The notes below the pieces were generated by a model. That model was not told the origin of the DNA and searched no databases. It saw nothing but the letters and a program-made list of their open reading frames with translations. A stretch of DNA of 46,616 nucleotides, from positions 45,118,002-45,164,617 of the forward strand of contig NC_068992.1 of the NCBI RefSeq assembly GCF_001194135.2, in the 5' to 3' direction. Made by a program: the position numbers and the translations under genes. This document shows positions 13,036-24,560 of the stretch, piece after piece. Origin of the DNA: Octopus bimaculoides (lineage: Eukaryota). Every line of letters starts with the position of its first letter. The first letter of the stretch is position 1.

Positions 13036-14546
13036 TAGTCTTGCTTATGTAATATGTTGAGTTGAAACACTTTGATGAGCTGAAATTATCCAAGCAATTG
13101 GTAGACAGAATTTCCTTCTATAGGCATTAATCCTTTCATTTCTATATTCCTAAGCAAAATACACCCCTTAATGTGTTTCAATTAAATTTTAAAATAATTA
13201 TGAATTTACACTGGTTTCAAGACACAACCCTTTTACTTATCAACACAATAATGTGATTTAGGAACACAATTTAACAAAAGGTTCATAACCAAATCTGCTT
13301 CATAATTTTTATCTCAAAGCAAATCTAATTACAGATAAATTCAACAAAATATAAAATTTTTAAAATTTTATTTAAACATCAGTGTAGACAGTGAATTATT
13401 AGCTAATATTCATTGAGTATACAACAAAATTTTAATAGAAAAGAATTGTGCAAATTACTGGATTATCTATCAGCTGAATTTAATGCACTTAGATAGGTGT
13501 ACCATAAAGGTAAAACATGAACAAAATACTGGAATTTGCTTTTGAAGTAAATCAGGAAATGAAATACATGCCATCAACTAAATTAAATAAACTTAAATGT
13601 ACATAAATACACAGAAACACATATATTAATGATTCACAATCCAAATTAATCAAACTTTGTCCTGCATCTTACAGGTAAACTAAAATTGCAGGTAAATAAA
13701 AACAAGGTAAATTTTTTTTTAATGTTTAGAAGTAAAATTTATACAAACACACACACACACAATATTCCTGAAAACCTTCTTCCATGTGGGAAACCCCGGT
13801 TTACATTCTGTATAATGACTTATTTCCACAATAATCACTTCAAAGGAAAAAGTAAAAAAAAAAAAAATAATCTAATGGCTTTGTTTCCTTAGAAAGACTG
13901 CAGCTAGGTCTACTATCTTCCTAAAAATAGCTAAGAATAATAGTTTTTAAATTCTTGCTATATTCAAGTGCAAATTCATTTCTTCATCACTATTAGAACT
14001 GTTGTCAGAATCATTTCACATTCAGAAAAAGAAATATCCAATTCATAAAAACACACTGGTTTTTATGTTTGCCATATTTTTTCCTAGATTTTTCTGTCTC
14101 CATTTGAAAATACCTTAAATTCAAACTCACTGCTTGACAACATGAAACTGGTATCCATTTTCCATCTGGAGCGAAACAATTCAGAAATTCGAAATGGCAA
14201 AAAAAATGGTAAAAAATGTATCCAAAGTTTCACAGCACTCGATATCATATACAATAATGTCTGACAGTGTAACTCAGATGTTTTGTATAGTGAAATTATG
14301 TGTTTTCACAAATGTACTAACAAAGTATACATTGAAATTCTCATTAAAATAGGAATAGGTAATTTCAGGCAGTTAAGGACAGTTTTGTAACAAAAGGATT
14401 AATATCTAAAACCAGATTTATCTATGATGCATTCAAAACATATTCAGACCTCTCTTTTACCATTCTTAAGATATTCTTGTCAGAATATGCGTCAATTCTC
14501 CTAAAAACCAAAGAGAGGAATTGTCAAGCTAGACTGTACAACTTAC

Positions 14547-14652
14547 AGAACTGATTCTTCATTCCAAACAGGATTACCCCTAGGATCTTTCACAACTGAT
14601 GTCCGATATTTCTTGTTTCCAAATCCAAATATCACTGAAAATTTATGGCGTC
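14547..14652 (-). CDS. 106-nt coding exon of the C2 domain: (G)RHKFSVIFGFGNKKYRTSVVKDPRGNPVWNEESV(L)
   Basis: ttttctttgaag acceptor and TTCT|gtaagt donor, phase 1 to 2. 'KKYRTSVVK..GNPVWNEE' matches the C2 consensus (kyrT.vvk...nPvWnEef). Confidence 0.92.
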
Positions 14653-15484
14653 CTTCAAAGAAAATAATGTTTTTAAAATTATATTTTAGATATTACTTCA
14701 TTGAGCAGTTGTAATTTATATATATATATATATGTACAGAAGATGATATAAGAATGCTGTACTGAAGTGGGGCTGCCCAACCAATACAGGCATGAAAATA
14801 AGACAAAGTTGATGACAACAATGACGATAATAACAATAGATATACAAATAAAAGGAAAAGGGACTCAACACACGTTGTACAGCATCAATAACAAACATTT
14901 TAAGGACATTCATTTGTCCAAGCATAAATTAGCCAAGCAGTTGCAGGGATTTGGGAAACAGTGCCAGTTTTCTTTATTTCACCCATTTCTTTACATCCCC
15001 AGCACACTAACTCCTTGCCCTTATTTCTTCCTAAACCATCTTACGGATAAAAATATTTCTGATAACATCTTTTACCTTTTATCTTTTACTTGTTTCAGTC
15101 ATTGATGATTCAGTTCATAATTTCATCTTACACATGTGACATTCCCATAGCTTACATATAGGACATTACCATATCATACATTTGTGAATATGTGATATTA
15201 CTACATCTTACGTGTTATTATCACACTTTATACATGTGATATAATCACATCACGCATAGTCTCATAAAATTGGATGTTTTGAGAAACAAAACTCATTACA
15301 ATAACAAAATGCTAAAATATATTTAACTGGTGGTTCCTAGCCCAACATTTGATTAAAATATGGATCAAAGACTTTTCATTTATGAATAGAAGCTCCTTTA
15401 ACCATTTCACCATTTCTCAATAAATTTTAACACAAAAAGACAGAACAGAAACATTAAAATAAAAGTAGCTTGGATCAATCATAC

Positions 15485-15520
15485 CTGGTTTCTTCCCTTG
15501 TAATCCTTTTGCATTGTGAA
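15485..15520 (-). CDS. 36-nt coding exon of the C2 domain: (V)HNAKGLQGKKP(G)
   Basis: tttttccag acceptor and CCAG|gtatga donor, phase 1 to 1. Gives VTVIVHNAKGL, the typical C2 'V.V..A.gL' motif. Too short to appear in the ORF track. Confidence 0.9.
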
Positions 15521-15849
15521 CTGGAAAAACAGGTCGAGAATAAATTATGTCATATTATTGCATTTTACAGACACACACACACGTATAAAGATACACACAA
15601 ACACACACATCATTTCATTATGTGATACAGGAATATCTTTGGTTTTGGCTTGACATCCATTTATCAATGTCAGCATGGATGAGATGGTTTATTTGTTACA
15701 AGTGTCTTTACAGTTGGATGTTGTCCCTTCCTAATGTGAACTGTAAACTACTAGTCAACTGTGAAATAGAAGAGAAACCTGATTCTTGCTCATTTACAGA
15801 AATACTATCAGCAGAATCAAGTGCTTTGTTCAAAGAAACAACACTATAA

Positions 15850-16160
15850 GAGTCATAGTAATCTCTTAACTAATGACTATCATAGCACCACAGTAATCTC
15901 TCAACTAATGACTGTCATAGCATCATAGTACTATCTCAAATAATGACTGTAAGAGCATTATAGCAATACCTCAAATTACGGCTGCTATAATATCATAGTA
16001 AGATCTCAACTGATGACTATCAAAATGCTAAAGTAAGGTCTGAAGTAATGACTTTCATTGTGATGTAATAATAAATGAACTAATGGCTGCTGTAGTAATG
16101 CAGTAAGGACGTAACTAATGACTATTCAAATGTAACATTAGAGCCAAAAGTAATGACTCA
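15850..16160. repeat. Diverged minisatellite, ~40-bp unit (catagtaatctcttaactaatgactatcatag...)
   Basis: About 7-8 decaying copies. Confidence 0.75.
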
Positions 16161-16439
16161 CACAGTTATCATATCTGTTACCATTATTAATTAATTTGTT
16201 GGTATCAGACAGCATGAAGAGTGGAACAAGGGACTAAGTGCATTGTAGTATTTAGTTGTGATACATTGCATCATCAGTTCAAATCTTGACATGGTTCAAA
16301 ATCATCCAGCATTGATAAGATATATACCAGACAAATACTGGTGGTTGATTAAATCCAGTATACCCTCCCTCAATCTGCGTCCTTCCTACCATGGTCCTTC
16401 ATGCACCACTGACCCTTGGAATTTTCTGACATTTCACAC

Positions 16440-16680
16440 TCCATGACCCTTTACATTCCAAGGTCCTTCACACTCTATAACCTTTAGGGTACCACTGGTC
16501 CAAGAAACCTGTCTGGCTCTTTGCATACTATGGCACTTCAAGTAAAACTGTCTTTTGGAAGCCTATAGGCCCTTCAAAAATTATAGCCTACAGGCCCTTC
16601 AAACATTATAGCCTACTGATCCTTAGGACCCTCTGGTCCTTCATACTCACACATACTGTGGCCCTTAGAGCTTAATAGGG
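16440..16680. repeat. Diverged minisatellite, ~22-bp unit (ggcccttcaaacattatagcct)
   Basis: Clear adjacent copies at 16560-16625, degenerate on both flanks. Confidence 0.6.
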
Positions 16681-18158
16681 AAATTTTGATGATTTCATGA
16701 CATATTACATAGGAATTATGTTTGTATGATGAATAACAACCATTTACTTGGGTGTTGTTGTTTGGCCCCATATCAATTCTGATCCCACTGACCTGTGATC
16801 AAAAACACTCTAACTATCCCAACTCATTTTCTAACAATGTACCAAGACCTATTTTACCCAATATGTAATTTTTATCATTAAGATGGCATAGGTTTGAGTG
16901 TAATTTAATAGTTATTTCTAGGTATAAAGAAACCACAATGTGGCAGAGTGCTCAATGACTTGTCCCTTTTCTTGTCAATGACTTGTCCCTCAACAGAAGG
17001 GAGATCAAGCATTCAGTGTGTATAGTTAGTGACCAAATGCCAAGGAGATGGTCACTGTATTTTAAGAAAGAATTCATGCCAAGTTAGTCTATTCCAGGTA
17101 ACATTTCTTGGTGACCTCTGACCTATTTCTGACCAATGACAATACAGAATAGACTGTTCTGCTTGGATAGTGATGTGATCTCATGTACTATGACCAAGTA
17201 ATCCATTTCCTTATTCATTAAACAATTGTGACTTTACACTAAAATATTTCACTAATTTTAAAATTCACTTGAAATACTTCAGCTTCAAATAAAATTTTAT
17301 ATTTTGAACCACAAATTTATAATCTTTATTTAATTTCCTCAGAAGTAGGAAAGGAAAAGGAAGCAGCACACAATTTGGAATTGACTTTTCAAGTGAATAC
17401 CATATGATAAGGAACTCTAGAAAAATGCTGACCTTGAAGCAATGTTGGAATGTATTAATTACAAAATTGCAAACCTTTCAGATTATATCAGAGAAACTCA
17501 GCTGATAGGAATTAAGTCTAAAGACAAAATGTTCAAAGAATGGTAACAGAATTAGGCAATATCTTCTCAATATCATCATTTTAAGATTGCTATATTTAAA
17601 AAACAAAAATTCTGAAATGTTTAATTTGGTAATAGAACAGGGCCTTATTTGAAGCCTAAAATCCAAAAACAAGAATATAATTAGTAAAAAACGAATATGT
17701 AAGTTGGTGAACTTTTTTAAGATTTTAAAATAAAACCAAAAGCAAGAAAGATTACACTAGTGGCATGAAAGATGAAAAGCTTTGAGTAATCAAATCATTA
17801 TAATTAAGAAAAAAGAAGAGTTAACAGGGATACAGACATTAATGAGAGATTACAAAATAAATAACTAGTAATATAAAACCAGTTACCAGAGCTGTGCTGT
17901 CTCTGACAAAGTTTTTAATAACTCGAAATCTGTTGCAGCAGATTTAGTTGACCATGAGGGTAGTGGGGTGTAAAGAAGCAAGAATAATGTCTTTATTCAA
18001 TAAATTCCCTAAGAGAAGTTACAGCAGTCTCCTTCTCCAAGAAGTTGGATATCAACATCATCTAAAGTTTGAACTAAAACACACACTAACTGAGAGTGGT
18101 GGTCATGAAAATGTCCAACAAAAGTTTATAGTTGCTTCACTGCATGTGTGTGTGTGTA

Positions 18159-18207
<49 letters not shown>

Positions 18208-18397
18208 GTTTGTCCGCCCACCATCGCTTGACAACTGATGTTGGTGTGTTTATGTCCCTGTAACTTAGTGGTTTAGCACAAGAGACCGAAAGAATAAGTA
18301 CTAGGCTTACAAAGAATAAGTCCTGGGTTCGATTTGTTTGACTAAAGGCGGTGCTCTAGCATGGCCACAGTCAAATGACTGAAGCAAATGAAAGAAT
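18208..18397 (+). mobile_element. SINE family A, 3' part
   Basis: tttgtccgcccaccatcgcttgacaac...ggcggtgctctagcatggccacagtcaaatgactgaa shared with 29260-29430 and 24352-24560 (minus). Confidence 0.75.
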
Positions 18398-18968
18398 ATA
18401 TACATGTACAAATGTACATTTGTATGTATGTACATGTGAAATATGTAGGAGATATGGTTGTGATGATAAAGACATGTGATATGTGATGTAACAGTATGTG
18501 AGAGGTTTAAGGGTATTGTGAAAGGCCTGGTTGGAGGACCAACCTTCCAAGTTCTTTTACAGATAAGGCAACAGAAGATAAATGCATGTGATGATTTCAT
18601 AAAGTGCAGCAGACCAATCCAACCCATACCTAAAGAGAAAGTAAGCATAAAAACACTGATATTGTTGATAAAGCAGAAAATATATTTTTTTCTGCTATAT
18701 AAAATTAAAAGATTCATCAACTCTAGAACTTTTTTCTAGATTTTCTCACCATCTGAACAAACATTGCATACATATGTACATCTATGTGTGCGCATGCACG
18801 CCTGTGTGCGCATGCACGCCTGTGTGCATGCATTTATGCATATATATGAATGTGTATGTGTGTATGTACACACACACACACACAGATAAGCATACCCCAA
18901 AACAGACCAAATGATATAAATGAGAAATCTTAGATATATCAAAGTACAGAAATCTAGTTAATACATAC

Positions 18969-19180
18969 CTATAACAGTCACTTGGTCAGGAATCGGCTGC
19001 TCACTCTCATCCATTAGTAGATTTGTTAAAACTAGTACATCTACGGCAATTAGTATAACTAATACTGTTGATAAGTTCAATGCTGTTTCTATGTCTACCA
19101 CAGTTGGTACAATTGCTAAGTTGATTTGATGCAGCTCCAATATACCCTACGACATTCTTCATTTTCATCTTGGCATCTTT
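18969..19180 (-). CDS. First coding exon of the C2/IPT gene: 5'UTR plus CDS 19014-18969 (MDESEQPIPDQVTVI + 1 nt)
   Basis: Strong acceptor (ttcttttttgttttcag) before 19180 and donor ATAG|gtatgt at 18969. ATG at 19014. The peptide resembles the first C2 beta strand (PxxVxVxV) and joins in phase 1 to the next exon. Confidence 0.85.
19007..19168 (-). other. 53-codon upstream ORF overlapping the main ATG, with two CxxC motifs
   Basis: MKMKNVVGYIGAASNQLSNCTNCGRHRNSIELINSISYTNCRRCTSFNKSTNG*. Its TGA lies inside ATGGATGAG of the main start. The frame is open from the exon acceptor. Confidence 0.6.
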
Positions 19181-19429
19181 CTGAAAACAAAAAAGAAAGA
19201 AAAACAAAGCAAGTTTTTTAAACAATAGTGTTTCTTGAATATTCTAAGATGCCAGACAAAACAGGAGTGGAAAATAAACTCACTGAAAGTTATTGCAATA
19301 TTTTTGTGGAGGTAAATTCAGAAAGAACAGGTTCAATTCCATGGAATATATGTTTCACAGATGTAAGAAGACAAGAGAAATACACATTTTTGCAATGACA
19401 TAGTCAATCTGCAAAGCCAAGAAAGAGTA

Positions 19430-19665
19430 ATAATAATAATAATAATAATAATGATAATCCTTTCTACTAAAGGCACAAGGTTTGAAATTTTGGGGGAGGG
19501 GACTAGTAAAATTACATTGACCCCCCAGTCTTTCACTGGTACTTAATTTATTAAGGACGAAAGGTAAAGTCAAACTTGGTAGAATTCTCAGAACATAACG
19601 CAGGACAAAATGCTGCTAAACATTTTGCCTGGTGTGCAAATGATTCTGCCAGCTTGCTGCCCTAA
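19430..19665 (-). mobile_element. tRNA-derived SINE, family B
   Basis: Reverse complement of the ggcagcaagctggcagaatc...gagttcaaatt head seen at 40105-40770; flanked by (AAT)n. Confidence 0.7.
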
Positions 19666-19914
19666 TAATAATAATGATAATAATAAGTTATGATGATATT
19701 AAGTGTGATAATTAGCTAGGCCAAGCAAGAGCTTCCTTTTATTTCTAATAACAATTAAAATGGTCAATGTGCCATAAATTACTAACACCAATGCATTGTT
19801 GTCAATGAAACTACTTGTTAGTATGTGAATGCTATATAATTTCCCAACCTCGGACAAATAACAGTAAAGGTGACCCTAGTTGCAATTTCAACAAGGATAA
19901 AAGAATTGCACAGT

Positions 19915-20250
19915 GGAGAATCTCAGGTGAGTTGGTCTCATGGAACCAGGGGTGGTGATCTGAAGGAGGTCAGTATCAAAGAACCAGTGTTGGTTGTTAC
20001 AATGGCAATGACCTCAGGTGAGTTTGTATCCCAGAACTGGGGTGTGGTGATCTTAGGTAGGTTGGTCTTACAGAAGTAAGGGTTGTGATCTCAAGTAGTT
20101 TGGCATCACAGAACAGGAATGGTGATCCCAGATGGATTGGAATCACAGAACCAGTTGTGGTGATCCCAGGTACATTGGTATCACTGAACTGGGGAGGTGA
20201 TTTAAGGTGAGTTGGTATCACAGAACTAGGGGTGGTGATTTTGAAAAGGT
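19915..20250. repeat. ~37-bp minisatellite (ggggtggtgatctcaggtgagttggtatcacagaact), about 9 copies
   Basis: Recurrent gtggtgatc...ggtgagttggtatcacagaac units. Confidence 0.85.
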
Positions 20251-20445
20251 TGCATCTAGGTCCCAAATGGAAAAACAAAATCTTAGTTTAGCATAACATA
20301 AATTGCACCAAATAATGGTAAAATCCATCCTAATCAAGAGGTCTGTCTGTTGGGGAAGACATGGTCTGACATAGAATGAAAAAAGAATTTAAATAAAGGC
20401 AATTCTATTGTGAAAATTGCCCAGCAACAACGGGCTGCTCAGCAA

Positions 20446-20477
<32 letters not shown>

Positions 20478-21183
20478 GTACATATATGTATTTATATACA
20501 CATGCACACATAACAACTATATCAACAATATACTACTGCAAAGAGTTTCAAGCAGAACTGAACCAATTCTTCTCAACATCAACTTATGTCCTTTTAAAAG
20601 AAGTATATAAACTGCAAAGAAATATACAAATCTGTAGACACACACGTGTGTATGCATGTGTGTGTGTGTGTATGTATATATATATATATATATATATATA
20701 ACACAACTAATTGATACAAAGACTTCAATTTAATTAAGAAAGAATGGAGAAAGACGAGAAAGAAATGTAGATTATTTCAAGATGGCATTATTTCATCATC
20801 AAGTTGAATATTTCAAGAATCTTTGACATAATGAGGAAATCTGAACAAGCATGAAAATCTCAAAATGTTTATCTTCGTCATTATTGTTGTTAATGTTGTT
20901 ATTATTATCATTATAATTACTATCAGTAGTAGTAGTAGTAGTAGTAGTAATAGTAGTAAGTTGTGAAGAATCAAAACAAAAGCTAAGTACTTGGAAGTTG
21001 ACATAGGTTGTTATTGATTTTGTGTGTGAGTTTGAATGAATGCTTGTGTGTGTGAGTGTGTGTGTATAAATGTCTGTATGTATGTATGTGTATGCATACA
21101 TACATGTGCATGTATATATAGATACCCATACAAATACACCCATACCCACAAATATATATTATATAAAGATATGCACATGTACG

Positions 21184-21215
<32 letters not shown>

Positions 21216-21298
21216 CAAATAATAAATGAGTATATGCATATATACGTACAGGTATGTGCATACCTACGTCTACATGTATATATAGGTGCATATCTGGG

Positions 21299-21960
21299 TA
21301 CACAAATTAAACCTGTGCCATGGAGGAATGTAGTGGCAGACAAAAAACAAGACAGGAAAACAAACGGAAAAGGCTTTGTGGCCAGACGTGGAAAATTATG
21401 TGTATATGAACGCTGTGAGGCACGAACTTGAAAGTGGGGACGAAGCAAGTTCGCGTGTTTGCTCGGCGATAGCCAAGGAAGAAAAGGATTAGTGACCGGA
21501 AGCATGTGACCATGCAGGGTTAAGGGAGAGAGAGAGAGAGAGAGTGGTAGAGGGAGAAACACAGGGAGTAAGTAGAAGGATGGGTGAGCAACGAGAGAAA
21601 GAGAGGAATATAGTAGTAACAGAAGGAAGTACAAGGGGGGAAAGAGAGAGATATAGTAGTAACAGAAGGAAGAACGAGAGGGGTAAAGAGAGATACGTAG
21701 TAGTAACAGAGGAAGAATGAGAGGAGGAAAAGTGATCGAGAAAGAGATAGAGCCGCGTCAGAAAATATAAAGTTGAAATAACTACTTACAACAGTGATGA
21801 CGCTGGCGTTCGGTCATGTAAAAATACTTACATACATACACATATGCACGTGCATGTACATAATTTTCCACGTCTGGCCACAAAGCCTTTTCCGTTTGTT
21901 TTCCTGTCTTGTTTTTTGTCTGCCACTACATTCCTCCATGGCACAGGTTTAATTTGTGTA
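21299..21960. repeat. Perfect 103-bp inverted repeat (21299-21401 / 21858-21960) with a 456-bp spacer
   Basis: Base-by-base reverse-complement identity of TACACAAATTAAACC...GGAAAATTATGT. The spacer is purine-rich on the plus strand, with three copies of atagtagtaacagaaggaag. Confidence 0.95.
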
Positions 21961-22075
21961 TACAAATTTAATTTGCGGTCCGTGGGAAGAGCCGTTTTAA
22001 CGATGTGTCCTGCCCAACTCTTCGAAACGCCGGTGTTAAAACGGGGGTAGCTGACGAAGGAAAATGTTCTCTATG
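21400..22075. promoter_or_regulatory. CpG-enriched, promoter-like segment upstream of the C2/IPT gene
   Basis: Locally many CpGs in CpG-poor surroundings. ETS-like CCGGAAG (~21497) and a CACGTG palindrome (~21847). Minus-strand gtaagt donors at ~21785 and ~21828. Lies about 2-3 kb upstream of the first coding exon. Confidence 0.35.
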
Positions 22076-24351
22076 TGGCTTGTGTGTTTTCTGTACTCTG
22101 GTTATTATTATTTTCTTGTCTACGTTTTGTTTGCAATGTCCTGTACCCAGATATATGTATGCGTGTATAAAGATATATTTGCATATGTGTGTGTATGAGT
22201 GCATATACACACATACATAAATAAATTTTTCTTTCCTTCTCTTCTCTCTCACTGCTACAAGTTGATACATGCTCTCTCTCTCTCATTTTGTTCTTTTTCT
22301 TATCAGCTGCTGCCAGTCAGTCAAATAAAAAGAAATATACTGATTTTCTCTCTTTTTTCTTTTCTTTTCTTTCCTGTCATCTCAACCCTGAAGAAGGACT
22401 TTGTCCAAAATGTGTGAAACTACACTCCCAACAGCAATATTCCTTTATTCCTTCTTTTATTCTTACACACACACACACTCAAGCACATCTATGGGCTAAT
22501 TCTGCATTCAGTGTAGCATTTACTGACACTTTTTCTCAATGAAACTTATCTGTGTGTTGTACCATGTGTTTATCCTGACTGTTTTCTTAAAAAATCTCTG
22601 TAGCTAATTCTATAGCTTATATAGGATGAGTCTCATTAGGGCAACAGAATTAAAAGACTTTAGGGTGAGTCACATTAGTATCCTTAATTTTTTTCATTTT
22701 TCCTCTTATACAAGAAGTAAAAAGTCTGGTCAGGATACACAAGAATAAAACTACTAAGCTAGCCATTTCTAGGAAGTGAAAGCCAACAACACCCTGCACA
22801 CCATCAAGAAGAGCATCGTAAAAAAATCTACACCAAACATTAACTCACTGGATACCAACCCACCTGAGACCACCCTTGGTTCTATGATACAAACTTTCTT
22901 AATGACTCATAGGTACACATTATTTTATTATACTAATACAATATGCTGCAAAATATATTAAATGCTTTTAAAAGTCAATATTGTGTCCTACTGTGTTAGC
23001 AGTGCTCTTAAATCACGTGTTAAGGTCATCTCTACAGATTTTCTATAGAAATAGCCAGCACTGATTTTATTACATTTCATATCTGAGACAACAGATGTAA
23101 ACAATGAGATCAAAGATGAAAATAATGGGTAATGGGTACATATGCCAGAGTTCAGGAGTTTTTGCTTCTTCATCAGAACCCATCCATCCCATTAATCATC
23201 CACAAATTCTGCATACCCATGCTCAAATAGATTGTCACCACACATGCTAGTTAACCTGAAGCTGGGACCCTGACAGGTGCTACTAATCTGGGTCAGAAAA
23301 GACCTGTAAATGATATTGGCTAAGAGGTGATTCCACAGCCCTCAAACTCTGAGGTTCCTGAACCAGTACCCCATTACTGGATGCACTTTAAAATCATACC
23401 CAGGACATACATGCATACACTCATACTGACATCTAGTCATATTGGTATATTTAGAGTTGCATATGTGTATAATTAGGTGGGAAATCCCAAACAATATATG
23501 AACCTTGGCTGACAAACACTTCAACATACATTTGGACATATGTACACACATACATACTCTCATATATAATACATATAGATGGACATACAGATAGACAGGC
23601 ATTTATACACACGCACACACACATATATATATATATACATATAAATCCAGACATAGACAAACAGCAGAAAGCAGGACTATGTTGTAAGGAAGAAGACATA
23701 TTTCCTTACAATAGACAAGATATGATGGTAACAATATATGTGTTATGTGTGTGTGTAAGTATGTATGTATGTGTATATTGTGTGTTGGTTGAGTAGAATA
23801 AAGCAACCACATGTAATACAGGAAAGAACGTGATAATATATATACACAGACACATCTCAGGTAATTGTATTGAATAAAGTGAGAACTGACAGTGACATAG
23901 AATTTACGCATTCCATTTATAATGTCAACAATAACCTTAACCTACACCACCACCAAACCCTCACTAAAACCTGTATCCACATCGCCAACACCAGCACTAC
24001 TGCTGCCACAGAGAATATAATTAGCACAGTTAATTAAGACTTACTCAAGTGTTACAAATGATTCATCATATATCACAAACACCTTTTAAGATCTATTTCT
24101 CCCAGCTTAATACTTACAAAGTATTTCAAATATCTGACTAACAGCCAACAACAATTATAACAGTTACAACAGGAACAACAATAACAGTTATATGAATCAC
24201 TATTCAAATAGTAACAACAACAACAACAACATACTCTCCACAACACACACATAACAGGGAATCTCTATGTTGTTGCTTGACCTGCTAGAAATAGCGGCTA
24301 AAGCACACTCAAATTACAATATACTTTTATCTTTGATTTTTTTTTATCTCT

Positions 24352-24560
24352 GTTTTGTTTCAGTCATTAGACTCAGGCCATGCTGGGACACCACCTTGAA
24401 GAATTTTTAGTCAAATGAATCAACCTCAATACTTATCATTTTGTTTTCTTTTTTTAAGTCTGGTACTTATTCTATTATTTTGCCGAACTGCTAAATTATG
24501 GGGACATAAACACACCAACACCAGTTGTCAACTGGTACTGGGGGACAAACTCAAGCACAA
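24352..24560 (-). mobile_element. SINE family A, 3' part
   Basis: Reverse complement of the family A tail (tttcagtcatt...ggccatgctgg...caccagttgtcaa). Confidence 0.65.

Noticed and set aside
18958-19140. Hydrophobic ORF (ELHQINLAIV...VLVILIAVDVLVL) as a signal or transmembrane N-terminus
   Set aside because: No ATG before 19014, and an in-frame TAG lies between it and the acceptor, so it cannot be translated from the spliced exon without a frameshift.
22050-22075. CTGACGAAGG hammerhead-like half core (also CTGATGA at ~1350, ~35328 and ~38994)
   Set aside because: No paired helix II followed by GAAA and a cleavage triplet.
22776-22961. VKANNTLHTIKKSIVKK as another LINE RT fragment
   Set aside because: Only a faint resemblance over about 15 residues, with no supporting flanking motifs.
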